Source of the DNA: Bdellovibrionales bacterium
Lineage (GTDB): Bacteria > Bdellovibrionota > Bdellovibrionia > Bdellovibrionales > UBA1609
NCBI GenBank assembly: GCA_965261545.1
Contig: CBDHDF010000010.1
Location: forward strand, 896,001-960,000
DNA: 64,000 bases
Direction of reading: 5' to 3'
The position numbers were made by a program, and so were the translations under genes. Of the stretch, positions 28,602 to 38,939 are shown one piece after another. The notes beneath the pieces were generated by a model. That model saw nothing but the letters and a program-made list of their open reading frames with translations, was not told the DNA's origin and did no database searches. Positions within the stretch are counted from its first letter, which is position 1. Every line of letters begins with the position of its first letter.

Positions 28602-30359
28602 TCAGAGATGACTACCATTGGGGCCACCACCACTGGGGCAAAGATGCGTCATATTATTTTGCAACAAAGCCAATTGGGTCTGTTGATGCCACTGTTCATT
28701 TTGAAGAAAAATCATTTGTAATTTTTCATTCAGGTAGATATCTCTGTAGCGAATATAGTCCTCAAATTCTAAGGAACCATTTTGGAACAACCTTCTGGCC
28801 TCTCTAATTTGCTGGTCGTAGAGTTTCATCTTTTGACGGCTCATATTGAGTCTCTCACGGGATGACTTTAAGCTCGCTAAAAAGTGAGCCTGCTGCTCAG
28901 TGACTTCCTCCAGGATACGCTGCCTGTTTTGGATGGCCATATCTCTTTCATATTGAGCTTTGGCCACCATGGCTCCCCGGGTTTTATTAATAAGAGGCCA
29001 CTCCATGTTCAACCCAAAAATGATATAGTTTTCACTTTGTTTGCTGGTTTGAGCTTGAAGAAATGGGGCCCCATGGTTTCTATGCCCTAAGGTCCACTGA
29101 AAATCCATCTGATTTCTTGCTGACTCCTTGGATATGTTGAGCTTACTTTCGCTAGAGAAAACCCTTTGCTCCCCTTGTTGATAGGCCAAGGACTCCCTCG
29201 GTGAAGAGGGACTCTTAAATTCCAATGTCTGAAAAATGGACTTTGGGTTGACAAATTGAAAAGAGGGAGAAGAAGGGAAAGAAGGCTTTGTCATCGAAAT
29301 AAGATGAGAAATAGGCGTGAACAAAGATTGAACTCGTTGGTCATAGTTCTTTTGGGCAAGGGATGTTTGCCCCTCAATTCTTAGGCGATCCGCTCTCGCT
29401 GAAAGGATATCAATTTTCCGTAACATTTTCTTTTTGTAAGATCTTTCACTAATTTGCAGAGTTTTCTTGGCATCCTTGAGCATTTCCTCAAGAATACGAA
29501 GATTTTGTTGTGAGTGGTAGGCATTTATGAAAAGCTTTGTTCCCGTGTAACAGCTTTCCAGTGCTTGATTTTGATGTCGTAGTTGGCTGAGCCTCAATTC
29601 AGATTTGGCTTGGCTTTGTATTTCGAGGTCCAGCCGCCCCAAAAAGTTTTTCATTAACTCCTGTCGAACAGACAAAGAGTACTCATCCCCCATCCCCATA
29701 GAGCTGGAGGTGTTTGCCATATGCTTGATGGCACTCCATTGCGCCCTTGTCCCAGAGGGCCACTTTTGCGTCAAACCTCCCTGTAAACGAGTTGTTGTCC
29801 TTTGAAGAGTGCCCCTGGCTTGACGACCATTATCATAGGCCAGGGAGGGAGATAGGGTCCATTGGCTTTGGTAAAGATCACTGGCCTTATCTAGATCACT
29901 CTGGGAAACCTTCACTTGAAGGTCCGCATTTTTGAGGTATTCATCATAGGAGAGATAAAGAGAAAGGTATTTTATCAATTCCATGGGGCCTGTAAATTCC
30001 ATGGTCCTTTCTATGGCCGCTGTGGTCTCTACAGTCTCTGAGGTCTTTGTGATCCGCCTTGAAACTTTGTCGTCACTTGAGGAGCTTCGCTCTGCGCTGG
30101 ACCAAGCTATAGGAATAAAGGGACCATAAAAAATGCCAAAGAAGAACCCTAGAAACAAGAAGCCGCACAAGGTGAACTTCAGAGAAGCTGTCCACAACAA
30201 AGCAGGGGATGGGCAATAACGGTTCACTCTGCTATACTTACTATACCCTGCTATACTTGTTATCCTGTTATAATTGATGCTCAACATACAGTGAGCGCTC
30301 CAAACCTCCCTGGATAGTGTATACAGGGTATGAATTGCCTGTGAGAACAAGCTCTCCAA
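28602..30359 (-). CDS. TolC family outer membrane protein (true start probably downstream, ~30230)
   Basis: Coiled-coil and beta pattern (LSVRQEL, MEWPL, LFQNG). Directly upstream of the RND gene. Confidence 0.75.
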   Translation of the reverse strand: MESLFSQAIHTLYTLSREVWSAHCMLSINYNRITSIAGYSKYSRVNRYCPSPALLWTASLKFTLCGFLFLGFFFGIFYGPFIPIAWSSAERSSSSDDKVSRRITKTSETVETTAAIERTMEFTGPMELIKYLSLYLSYDEYLKNADLQVKVSQSDLDKASDLYQSQWTLSPSLAYDNGRQARGTLQRTTTRLQGGLTQKWPSGTRAQWSAIKHMANTSSSMGMGDEYSLSVRQELMKNFLGRLDLEIQSQAKSELRLSQLRHQNQALESCYTGTKLFINAYHSQQNLRILEEMLKDAKKTLQISERSYKKKMLRKIDILSARADRLRIEGQTSLAQKNYDQRVQSLFTPISHLISMTKPSFPSSPSFQFVNPKSIFQTLEFKSPSSPRESLAYQQGEQRVFSSESKLNISKESARNQMDFQWTLGHRNHGAPFLQAQTSKQSENYIIFGLNMEWPLINKTRGAMVAKAQYERDMAIQNRQRILEEVTEQQAHFLASLKSSRERLNMSRQKMKLYDQQIREARRLFQNGSLEFEDYIRYRDIYLNEKLQMIFLQNEQWHQQTQLALLQNNMTHLCPSGGGPNGSHL

Positions 30360-30870
30360 CAGATTCAGTTGCCTCTTCTGTCAAACGCAATTCCCAAATA
30401 TACTCTATCACATCCAGACAAACATTGTGAGTGTGATCAACAAGAGCCACTGTTGTTTGAAGCCCCCCAAGTTCTGTTTTGTATGGCTTCTCAGCCTCTA
30501 GGCTCCCCTCTCCATGGAGACTCGTTCCATCTGCTAAGCCCATATCACTATTCAAGCCTTGAATTTCTTGGATGCGAGCAAGAAACTCCTTGGAGCCACA
30601 CGCCGTTTCTCTCACTCCAAAAATTTGAAAATGCATTTCCCTGCCATTATCTAAAATAATATGCAACCCTGTGGGTTGATCGACTTGATCTCGTTGCGTC
30701 AGGGTCACTTTCGCTCTCTCTGTGTCCGCATAGATACCTAAACAACCTACCTCCGCTTTCATTAATGACTCACTAATGGGGCGCTCCCAGCCTTCTAGGA
30801 CCACTGCGTAAATATTTAAAGAAAAAAATGTTACTGTAGATATAACCATTGAAATCATCACTTTTTTCAT
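30268..30870 (-). CDS. Secreted hypothetical protein
   Basis: GGAGG RBS; signal peptide MKKVMISMV...IYA. Confidence 0.7.
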   Translation of the reverse strand: MKKVMISMVISTVTFFSLNIYAVVLEGWERPISESLMKAEVGCLGIYADTERAKVTLTQRDQVDQPTGLHIILDNGREMHFQIFGVRETACGSKEFLARIQEIQGLNSDMGLADGTSLHGEGSLEAEKPYKTELGGLQTTVALVDHTHNVCLDVIEYIWELRLTEEATESVGELVLTGNSYPVYTIQGGLERSLYVEHQL

Positions 30871-31159
30871 AATTCCCTCCTTTCTCTGAATCTAAGTAAG
30901 ACCATCATAATATCGTCTTATATAGATATAGCTTTATATAGCCTTTATTAAAATTATTGTTTCGTTGTTATTAAAAAATCAAACCTTCTGTTGCCACCAC
31001 TTTTTCACCACCCATCTTGGCCACATGAAACAAGCTACACCCAATGACTCATTAATAAAAATTATTAATCTTGAGTTAGATTGATTAGAAATACTAATCG
31101 AAAATGGAGGACCTTAGTCGAGTGGGGTCGGATCGGGCAAGGGTAGAGTGGTAGAGTTG

Positions 31160-31753
31160 CTACTTCGTTTTTTCTTTGGAAGACCTTTTGAGCCTCTTAA
31201 TCCTTTTACGTCTCTTAGACTTCTTGAGTCTCTTCATCTTTTTAAGCTTTTTTGTGGATGATATTTCTCTAGAAGGTCTCTTTCCCTTCCTTTTTGTAAC
31301 CTTCAAAGACCTTTTGGAGCGATTCTTCGCAACTCTCTTTCTCACAACTCTCTTTCTCACAACTTTCTTTCTAGAGAGTTTCTTCCTTGATGATGATCCC
31401 CCTGGACTCTTTAACTCACGCCCCTTGAGCCCTTGGAGACGACCTAGCATATCCTTCTTAAAAAAAGGAGAACCTTTATCGAGCCTTTCCCTTGAAACAA
31501 AGGGCATTTGAGGCTGCCCATTGTAGCCATCATACTTTTGAGGGGCCATGGGGCGGACCCCACCCTCCCAACTTTTGAGAAGGGGGTGAACTTGAGAGCT
31601 TGCCTCCCCCAATACTTCTTGTTCAAAATTCTGCTCCAATGACTGAGCCCTCAGGTGACCCCCACCTGAGAATGCACTTCCTACTATGGTAAAACCTATC
31701 CCAAAAGATAAGAAAATAAACTTGCAGCCCATACTCTTTCTATTATCTCTCAA
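31160..31753 (-). CDS. Hypothetical exported protein with Lys/Arg-rich tail
   Basis: Signal-like N-terminus; RKKVVRKRVVRKRV... repeats. Confidence 0.55.
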   Translation of the reverse strand: MRDNRKSMGCKFIFLSFGIGFTIVGSAFSGGGHLRAQSLEQNFEQEVLGEASSQVHPLLKSWEGGVRPMAPQKYDGYNGQPQMPFVSRERLDKGSPFFKKDMLGRLQGLKGRELKSPGGSSSRKKLSRKKVVRKRVVRKRVAKNRSKRSLKVTKRKGKRPSREISSTKKLKKMKRLKKSKRRKRIKRLKRSSKEKTK

Positions 31754-31906
31754 AAACCCTCAAATGTGTGGTCCAGAGTTGAAAGTCGGATGAGAGTCGG
31801 ACTTAAATCCCAAAAGATGAAAAACAGGGCCAAAACCTCAAATATTGAGATTATAAGCTAAAATCCAGAGTATTGAGATATAAAACCAAATTAATAGCAG
31901 GCCAAA

Positions 31907-32779
31907 CTAAAGCCTACGGTGTTGAGACATGGGAATTTGCTGACGAACTTTCTGCACAAGACAAGGGTCAAGTTCAAGGCTTAAAGTTCCCGGCCCTTCA
32001 TCTTGAATCTCTCCCAACCCTTCTCCCCAAGGACCATAGACAAGACTGTGCCCAAAGGTTTTGACTCCTCGACTCCCAGGGTGCTGCCCCGATTGAGCCG
32101 CAGCAATAACAAAACACTGAGACTCAATGGCCCTAGCTCTAAGAAGGCAATGCCAGTGATCTCGACCCGTAAACTCTGTAAACGCAGATGGCACGAGGAT
32201 AGCCATAACTCCCATTTTGGCATACTCGTGATAAAGTTCTGAGAAACGCAGGTCATAACATATAGATAAACCCATACTCCAACCTTGAATGGTCATGGTA
32301 GAAGCACTCGTCCCACAAACAAATTGATCCGACTCGCGAAAAAAGCAAACTCCCCCATTTTCTTTCACCCCCACATCAAAAAGATGAATTTTTTTATAAA
32401 CACACCGTGGAGAAGACTGAGGGGATAGCCATACCGTAGCATTAACCACGCCACCTTGAGTCTTCAAGGGCACAGAGCCCACATGCATTTGGAAGTTATG
32501 TTTATCACAATATTTTTGCAATGGGACAAAAGCTTTGTCGTCAAGCGTTAGACTCCGGGGTATTTGCTCCTTAGAGGTATGAAAATAAAGAGAATTCTCA
32601 GGCAAACTCACAAGATCAAAGGAAGATAAAAAAGGGACCTTGGCCAATTGACTTTGAATTTGCTGGACATTTTTACAGACGGAATCTGTCGATGTCATTT
32701 GCAAAACAAGCACTTTAAGTGGTTTAAGGGGACTAAAAGGGCTGGAAGAACTGAAAAAAGGATCAGACTCTAGGCTCAT
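31907..32779 (-). CDS. Carbon-nitrogen hydrolase (Nit1 / deaminated glutathione amidase-like)
   Basis: E-K-C triad in LPEN, YKKIHLFDV and ICYDLRF; RARAIESQC. Confidence 0.9.
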   Translation of the reverse strand: MSLESDPFFSSSSPFSPLKPLKVLVLQMTSTDSVCKNVQQIQSQLAKVPFLSSFDLVSLPENSLYFHTSKEQIPRSLTLDDKAFVPLQKYCDKHNFQMHVGSVPLKTQGGVVNATVWLSPQSSPRCVYKKIHLFDVGVKENGGVCFFRESDQFVCGTSASTMTIQGWSMGLSICYDLRFSELYHEYAKMGVMAILVPSAFTEFTGRDHWHCLLRARAIESQCFVIAAAQSGQHPGSRGVKTFGHSLVYGPWGEGLGEIQDEGPGTLSLELDPCLVQKVRQQIPMSQHRRL

Positions 32780-33180
32780 TAAGAGTCGTCCGCAGACATT
32801 CTTGATTCGCTGGCATCTCGACATTGCCAACCCGCAATACCTAGGTTCTTTTCTACATTTTTGAGAAAATTAAAACAGCTTTCTAAATAGATACCACTAC
32901 CAACCTCTTTATCGATACCTCGCTTGGTATAAATCGTTCGGCAACCTTGCTGGTTTCTTTCCACGCGTATGGTGCGCACAAAGAAGTTTTTCTGACAAAA
33001 CATATGGTGAGTTTTTTTTTCTGCAGAAACAAGATTGGGGATCAGACAGGTCAAAAAGAATACACAAAGAAAAAGAAAATAAGCCAAGGGGCAGCGAAAA
33101 TAGACCCGAAGCCAGCAAAAAAAATGGCCAGAGAATACACGCCCCCTTCGGAGATATACCCCATCACTCCGAAGACACAT
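32779..33180 (-). CDS. Hypothetical exported Cys-containing protein (start uncertain)
   Basis: Hydrophobic segment followed by FCQKNFFVRTIRV...GWQC. TAATG coupling to the next gene. Confidence 0.6.
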   Translation of the reverse strand: MCLRSDGVYLRRGRVFSGHFFCWLRVYFRCPLAYFLFLCVFFLTCLIPNLVSAEKKTHHMFCQKNFFVRTIRVERNQQGCRTIYTKRGIDKEVGSGIYLESCFNFLKNVEKNLGIAGWQCRDASESRMSADDS

Positions 33181-33235
33181 CCCACCACAATAAATGGTGC
33201 CATGGTTCACTATTTTATTTGCTATTTTTAGCTCC

Positions 33236-33466
33236 TTACTTGCTTTCTTTAGCCTTTTTTTCCACCAGTTTAACATTGGAGTAGTCAATAAACCCCTCTT
33301 TTTTCGTAATGACTCTTTCCTCTTTATCAAAGTGTGTGAGAGCGTGAACGTTTTGCACACATATTTTTAATTTTCTAGGATCAACGGCCAGCACAGCACC
33401 CAAGCGCCCTTTATCTTTCCCCGCAATCACTTTAACTTGATCTCCAACACCTATTTTTAGCTTCAC
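33236..33466 (-). CDS. rplX: 50S ribosomal protein L24 (short form)
   Basis: KOW motif GDQVKVIAGKDKG; KEGFIDYSNVKLV. Confidence 0.88.
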   Translation of the reverse strand: MKLKIGVGDQVKVIAGKDKGRLGAVLAVDPRKLKICVQNVHALTHFDKEERVITKKEGFIDYSNVKLVEKKAKESK

Positions 33467-33795
33467 AATGATCTCCTCCCCTTCAACTCCATCTTTTCCT
33501 TGGAGTCACTTACTGATATCTTCAATTTCCTCTTGATACGATTCTTAACCGTTATGGCCCTTTTTGAGAGAAGACTATCATCTTGCTTCAAAATATAGGC
33601 ATCGAAACCTCCCAGATGCTCCAAGTCACGAAGAGTACTCACCGCAATCTTCAGACTGACAAGCTTATTGAGAGCGCAACTGAAAACAGATTTTTTTTGA
33701 ATATTAGGATAAGCCACAGATTTGGTCTTAATATTTGAGTGGCTCACTAGATTCTTTACAACAGGGGACTTCCCTGACAACTCACAACGAGGCAT
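33463..33795 (-). CDS. rpmB: 50S ribosomal protein L28
   Basis: MPRCELSGK...VSHSNIKTK...PNIQ; AGGAG RBS. Confidence 0.9.
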   Translation of the reverse strand: MPRCELSGKSPVVKNLVSHSNIKTKSVAYPNIQKKSVFSCALNKLVSLKIAVSTLRDLEHLGGFDAYILKQDDSLLSKRAITVKNRIKRKLKISVSDSKEKMELKGRRSL

Positions 33796-34026
33796 ATTAG
33801 CTCCTAAAAATTCATGCATTTATATAATATACTTGTTTAGACCCCTAACTATGTACTCAAAAAATGGCTTGTTGTCTATGAATTTTTATTATATAAGTTA
33901 ATTTTCGTAGCATTCTGCTCTCCAAAAGTGCCAATGTGATGGTGATGCCAACAATGAATGAAGTGGTGAATGGGCAGTGAAAGCAAACCAGAAAACTAAA
34001 GAAAACTAAAAAATAAGGAGATTTCG

Positions 34027-34317
34027 ATGAAAAGGGAAGAAGTATCCAACAAAAAAAACGTGAAATCTAAGTTTAGAGCTGAATTTCCCGGTGACTTCAC
34101 TTTTGACTACAAGGACCCTGTCACCCTATCTCGCTTTATCATGGAAGGGGGTAAGATTATCCCCCAAAGAGTGAGTAAGTTAAGCTCTTCTCAACAAAGC
34201 CGAATAACGCAATCCATCAAAAGGGCCCGAAACCTTGCCCTCTTACCCTTGGGAGCCATAGCCTATAACAACTTTGGGCGCCCTGAGCAAATTTCAGCCA
34301 AGCCCTTTGAAATCTGA
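34027..34317 (+). CDS. rpsR: 30S ribosomal protein S18
   Basis: DYKD...LSRFI..GGKIIPQR...IKRARNLALLP; AAGGAG RBS. Confidence 0.92.
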   Translation: MKREEVSNKKNVKSKFRAEFPGDFTFDYKDPVTLSRFIMEGGKIIPQRVSKLSSSQQSRITQSIKRARNLALLPLGAIAYNNFGRPEQISAKPFEI

Positions 34318-34426
34318 AACTGCGGCGGCAAGCAAAGCCAGGTAAAAAAGCTTGTTGGGCACAAGTGAGGCTCGATGGACAAGATGAGATCAACAGGGCG
34401 GGGCTTGTTGAGCAAGAGGACGAAGT

Positions 34427-34939
34427 TTACTGGGCAAAATTATAGATGTCTTTGTAATTTCTTCCGAGTTCATCGAAATCTAGTCCATAACCAATGACAA
34501 ATCGGTCTTCAATGGCCCTCCCAATGTAATCAGCTTTAATAGGCAACTCTCGGCGAGATGGTTTATCGAGGAGAGCTACAATTTTAAGGCTAGCAGGATG
34601 GGAGGCTAGAAGCCTTGTTCTTAAAAAATTGAGAGTGCGGCCGGCATCAATAATGCCTGCCACAACCAGAACATGTTGACCTGTAATATTGACGGAAATA
34701 TCCTTTAACATCCTAACATTGAACTTCTCTGCGGAGCAGAGATGTACAAAGTCAATGATCTGGGGCCTCTTTATCTTTTTCATCAAATCGGCACAAAATA
34801 TCACAGATCCCTTTAGAGGACAAATCACAACAAGCTCTTCCCCTTCGTAATCAGCCTCGATTTCTCGTGCTAATTTAGCAACAATTCTATTGAGTTCCTC
34901 AGATTTGATAAAAGGAATCATTTTATCTTTTAATTGCAT
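34427..34939 (-). CDS. hpt: Hypoxanthine phosphoribosyltransferase-like protein
   Basis: PLKGSVIF, VLVVAGIIDAGRTL, LLDKPSRR, FVIGYGLD. Confidence 0.8.
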   Translation of the reverse strand: MQLKDKMIPFIKSEELNRIVAKLAREIEADYEGEELVVICPLKGSVIFCADLMKKIKRPQIIDFVHLCSAEKFNVRMLKDISVNITGQHVLVVAGIIDAGRTLNFLRTRLLASHPASLKIVALLDKPSRRELPIKADYIGRAIEDRFVIGYGLDFDELGRNYKDIYNFAQ

Positions 34940-35008
34940 AAAAATGCCTCTACGTAGCAGCGCAATGGGGAAAGCCCCTATACCCATATAAGGTCATTGT
35001 TATTTACC

Positions 35009-35779
35009 TCATATCCTATAAGTATGTATCACATCTATAGATTGTGTCAGCCTTAAATATTCTTTTGCTTGATGATTATATGGATCACTCTGAAGCACTC
35101 GCTCCCACTGAAAAATCGCCTCAGGAACTTGATGAAAATCATAATAGAGTTTTCCAAGTTTCAAGCGTGCCTCAGAAAATTGAGGATATTTTTTACAAAG
35201 AACCCTTAAGAGATCCATGGCCCTTTCCTGATGACCCTCCTGAAGGTGACACTCAACAATCTTCAGCGTAATTTCGGCCTTACCCTTAGAAAGATTTAGG
35301 GCCTTCTCAAACTGTTCCAAGGCGTCAGTGAAGCCACTAGCTTGACAGTAAAGGTCTCCTAACTCCAAATGTTTGCTTAAAATATTTTCATTGAGCTTGG
35401 GGTCCACGGCCTTTCGCTGGCCAAGAATCGCTTGAGCCTTATGAAAAACCTTTTGCCCTTCCTCGTACCTTCCCAAGTCATTAAGGATAATACTCAACCC
35501 AATACTTGCATCCGTCAGTGAGGGATCTATTTCGAGGGCTCTTTTAAAAGTACGAATAGCTTTATTAAATTTTCCATGATTATAGTAAATAGTGCCAAGC
35601 ATATGAAAAACGAGAGCGTTCTTACAACCTCTTACAGCCATCTGGCTAAGAATCGGTTCAGCTTTGGCATAATCGTTGGCTTTAAAATATCTTTCAGCAC
35701 TTTCAAAGAGTTCATTTTCATTGGAAAACCTCTGGGAGATATTTTGTGGAGTCTCATTGATTGAGTTGCTATTGGTCAT
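35009..35779 (-). CDS. TPR repeat protein
   Basis: Multiple TPR motifs. Confidence 0.85.
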   Translation of the reverse strand: MTNSNSINETPQNISQRFSNENELFESAERYFKANDYAKAEPILSQMAVRGCKNALVFHMLGTIYYNHGKFNKAIRTFKRALEIDPSLTDASIGLSIILNDLGRYEEGQKVFHKAQAILGQRKAVDPKLNENILSKHLELGDLYCQASGFTDALEQFEKALNLSKGKAEITLKIVECHLQEGHQERAMDLLRVLCKKYPQFSEARLKLGKLYYDFHQVPEAIFQWERVLQSDPYNHQAKEYLRLTQSIDVIHTYRI

Positions 35780-36603
35780 TGTTTGGTTACTTCCTTTGCC
35801 TTTGTGAACTCATTGGACTTTGGAAATTCTTTTCCAAGCCTTTCAAGATAACTCTTAGATTGAATCAAATCTTTATCTCTATAAGCACTGATAGTGGCGC
35901 CGTAGAGAGCCCTACGATTATACCCCAAACTAGGGTACTCTCTCACAATACGAGCGTATCGTCCATGAGCGCTTTTAAACATTTTTCGATGAAAATAGAA
36001 GTCAGCAATATACAAATGCTTCTTTGCTATCCACTTTTTGAGTAACCTTTTATGCTCCTTAGAAGAATTGTGGTAGTCGCTCTGAGGGTAAGACCTTATA
36101 ACCTCATCAAAATAGAGAAGAGCTCGCTGGGCCAAGTGAAAGTCGCGGTCGACAAAGTCAGGCAATTGCTTAACAAGGCTCATGGCCACACGAAAAGTTA
36201 CATAGTCAATTCTTTTATGTCTAGGGTGGAGTTCTTTAAATAATTTGTAGGCGGACTCAGCCTCCACCCAAGCCTTCTTCTCAAAATGAATGTCAGCGAT
36301 ATGTAGATCCGCCTCCGTGGCAATATCGCTATAGGGATTCTTGACTTTGACATTTCTTAGACTAGTGAGGGCCTCCTCATAACGTCCTTGGGCTCGAAGT
36401 CTGTCAGCTTGCTGAAGGACCCCTTGAGGTGTCGAAGTATCAATATCTTGACTTACCGCACAACTCGCGAGACTTAAAGACAGGAATATAAGCAGTGTCG
36501 TGACCGTAACGGTGGGGTGAAGCCCCATGAATCGCACTATAAGAAGATGCCATAAAAAGCATATCATGTGAGCCACATTACTAGATGCAAGAAAAAATGG
36601 CAA
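35776..36603 (-). CDS. bamD: Outer membrane assembly lipoprotein BamD (start may be internal)
   Basis: Lipobox LASC; YKLFKELHPRH..DY, YPQS, IADFY. Confidence 0.85.
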   Translation of the reverse strand: MPFFLASSNVAHMICFLWHLLIVRFMGLHPTVTVTTLLIFLSLSLASCAVSQDIDTSTPQGVLQQADRLRAQGRYEEALTSLRNVKVKNPYSDIATEADLHIADIHFEKKAWVEAESAYKLFKELHPRHKRIDYVTFRVAMSLVKQLPDFVDRDFHLAQRALLYFDEVIRSYPQSDYHNSSKEHKRLLKKWIAKKHLYIADFYFHRKMFKSAHGRYARIVREYPSLGYNRRALYGATISAYRDKDLIQSKSYLERLGKEFPKSNEFTKAKEVTKQ

Positions 36604-36684
36604 GCAGAGAAGCTCTCAGTTTCACCATATCCATAAATCTTAGGAGATTTATAATCCCCACCCCAGGATCCACTTCACCACCTC

Positions 36685-37746
36685 TCACTTCAAAATATAA
36701 CTTTTCAGAGATTTTTCAGGTTTTTTTGTATCTTCGAGGGTCTTGAGATATTCGATCATCTTAAGGAAGTTTTTTCCCATTTTGACATAAAGTTTCTCAA
36801 AATCTGACAAGTCACTGATATAAGTTTCATAGGAAAGTAACTTGGCATTATTGAGTTTCCATTTTAGAAAATAATCATAACTATGACCTTGAAGTTTTGG
36901 GTGAAGGTTTCTGTGAAATCGAATTTGAATAGCCTTAAGCCTTTGAGACTTAGACGCTTTTGTGAGAGTATTCTTATTTTTACGATACCATACCTTAAGC
37001 TCTTTGATTTCTTTGGAGATAAACTCCGAGAAAAGTCGGCGGTCATGGTTTTCATTTTCAATGATTTTCAATATTGGTGAGTCAAGGCTATCCTTTTGTT
37101 TGTAGAAAATTTCTGTGCCTATATCACCTATGAAAGAAGCCAAACGCTCATTAAAATCGGCATGCTCCTTAATAAATATGGTGGTGTGCACAGTTTCATG
37201 AATGATTGTATTGACTAGTTTATGGTCGGAGTAGGACAGCATGGAGGAAAGAATGGGGTCATCAAACCAACCCAATGTACTGTAAGCTGCAACCCCTCGC
37301 ACGTAGGTGTCGTATTTTTCCTTTGGGAATGTCTTGGCGGCCGCTTGAGCTTCTTTTTTAAGGAAATAACCTTTGTAGGGAATTCGACCAATCCATGGAA
37401 ATTTCCATTGATAGGATTCAATTTGATGAGTTGAGGACACGCGAAGCAAATAAGTGACATGGGATGAGTTGAGTTGGACAAAGCTGCTGTAGTTGTCAGA
37501 CTTCTTTAATTTTAAGATATTTTCTGCAAAACTTTTCGCCTCTTGAATGAGTTTCAGCTTTTCTTTGGTTCTTTGAGGAGTTGTGGGAGCCTGGAGAACT
37601 TCCTCAATGGGAGTGCGCTGGTAGAGAAGTTTTGCTTGGTGGTAGCCAACCTTGGCTAAGTAAGTGAAAGAGCAGCCATAAAGCCATGGCATTGTGAACA
37701 GTATAAATATCAGCCTGAAAAGAGTTCTCACTGGAATTGTTCTCAC
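36685..37746 (-). CDS. Putative zinc aminopeptidase lipoprotein
   Basis: AYSTLGWFDDP, IIHETVH (HExxH), FNERLASF. Confidence 0.85.
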   Translation of the reverse strand: MRTIPVRTLFRLIFILFTMPWLYGCSFTYLAKVGYHQAKLLYQRTPIEEVLQAPTTPQRTKEKLKLIQEAKSFAENILKLKKSDNYSSFVQLNSSHVTYLLRVSSTHQIESYQWKFPWIGRIPYKGYFLKKEAQAAAKTFPKEKYDTYVRGVAAYSTLGWFDDPILSSMLSYSDHKLVNTIIHETVHTTIFIKEHADFNERLASFIGDIGTEIFYKQKDSLDSPILKIIENENHDRRLFSEFISKEIKELKVWYRKNKNTLTKASKSQRLKAIQIRFHRNLHPKLQGHSYDYFLKWKLNNAKLLSYETYISDLSDFEKLYVKMGKNFLKMIEYLKTLEDTKKPEKSLKSYILK

Positions 37747-37774
37747 TCAAATTTGCCCATACCCATATATCTTT

Positions 37775-38836
37775 CTACTTTGACCGGGCGAAATGCTGGG
37801 GGTTGAGTTCCACTCTGAAGCTAAAGGATAAGTAAATATACCCATCTTCTTCCACCATATCCTGGGGAGGGTTGACGAAAGGAGCGGCTTGCTCAAAGGC
37901 ATCTCGGGCAGCTTGGTCGAAAAATCTTTCTTGGGAGCTATGGACAACGATAGCTCCCATATATCTTCCTTGTTCATCGAGAATCACTTCCAAGGTTGTT
38001 ACTCTGGGGATTCTCGCCATCCTTTGAAGTCTATGGGGGGGAGACCCACGGATAATCTCCCTAAGTAGGTGGATCCAGCGAGGGCGCAACTGCTCCTGTA
38101 GTCTCATGTGAAAGGTGTAATACTCCAGCGAGCCCTTATCTGTATTGAGAGCTGTTATATCGGCCATTTGAATATGGGGATGATGGATGGAGGCGGAGGG
38201 TGGGTGGACGCGAAAATTCAAGAGTCCAGGTGGGGTGATTACAAAGACTTTGCTTTCATCTGACTTCTTTTTTTGCCTTTTGTTTTTCTTTTCTACAGTA
38301 AGCCCCTTTGTCGGCCGCTCCCCTGTTGGTTGCAAGTTGAACTGTAAATTTTCAAGGCTGAGCCATTGTTTAAGATTTTGGTTCGTCAATAAATCGCTCT
38401 TTTTATTTTGAGCAGAAGGAGGGGCCTTGGAGGAGTTTTGGTTGGGGCCATTGAGCCTTGCCAATGTTTCTTTGCGGACACGACGAGCTGTTTTGGATAA
38501 AAGGGGAACCCTCTTTGTGAGACGGTTTGGGAGCTTATCATCAACCTCAGGGTCTTTAATGTAAAATCTTTTTGTATTTTTATCCTTAAAACGAATTTCC
38601 ACCTCCGTAACTTTTAGGGGAGGCCATGGGTTCTTGTGGGGAATAAAGGCCCCCACGAAAGCATGTTTCATAATGAGAACCAGCCCTAGGTGGAGCAAGA
38701 AGCTCACAAGAAGGGGAAAAATCAAAGTAAGTATTTGTAAACAGGAGGCTTTTTTGCAAATTATAAAAAACTTCTTACCATTCATTAAAGGTTTTAAAGG
38801 CTTCCTCTCATTTAAAGGGTCATTTAAAGGGTTCAC
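37775..38836 (-). CDS. TonB/TolA C-terminal domain protein
   Basis: TM segment SFLLH; C-terminal ILDEQG...SS...FDQAARDA...APFVNPP. Confidence 0.75.
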   Translation of the reverse strand: MNPLNDPLNERKPLKPLMNGKKFFIICKKASCLQILTLIFPLLVSFLLHLGLVLIMKHAFVGAFIPHKNPWPPLKVTEVEIRFKDKNTKRFYIKDPEVDDKLPNRLTKRVPLLSKTARRVRKETLARLNGPNQNSSKAPPSAQNKKSDLLTNQNLKQWLSLENLQFNLQPTGERPTKGLTVEKKNKRQKKKSDESKVFVITPPGLLNFRVHPPSASIHHPHIQMADITALNTDKGSLEYYTFHMRLQEQLRPRWIHLLREIIRGSPPHRLQRMARIPRVTTLEVILDEQGRYMGAIVVHSSQERFFDQAARDAFEQAAPFVNPPQDMVEEDGYIYLSFSFRVELNPQHFARSK

Positions 38837-38939
38837 TTCAACATTATATCACAATTCCGACTAAAGTTGAGACATTTTCTACCGATAAGTTTATTATGAA
38901 TTCATCTGTCGCCTTGGGGGGAGTTCAGGGAAAAATGGG

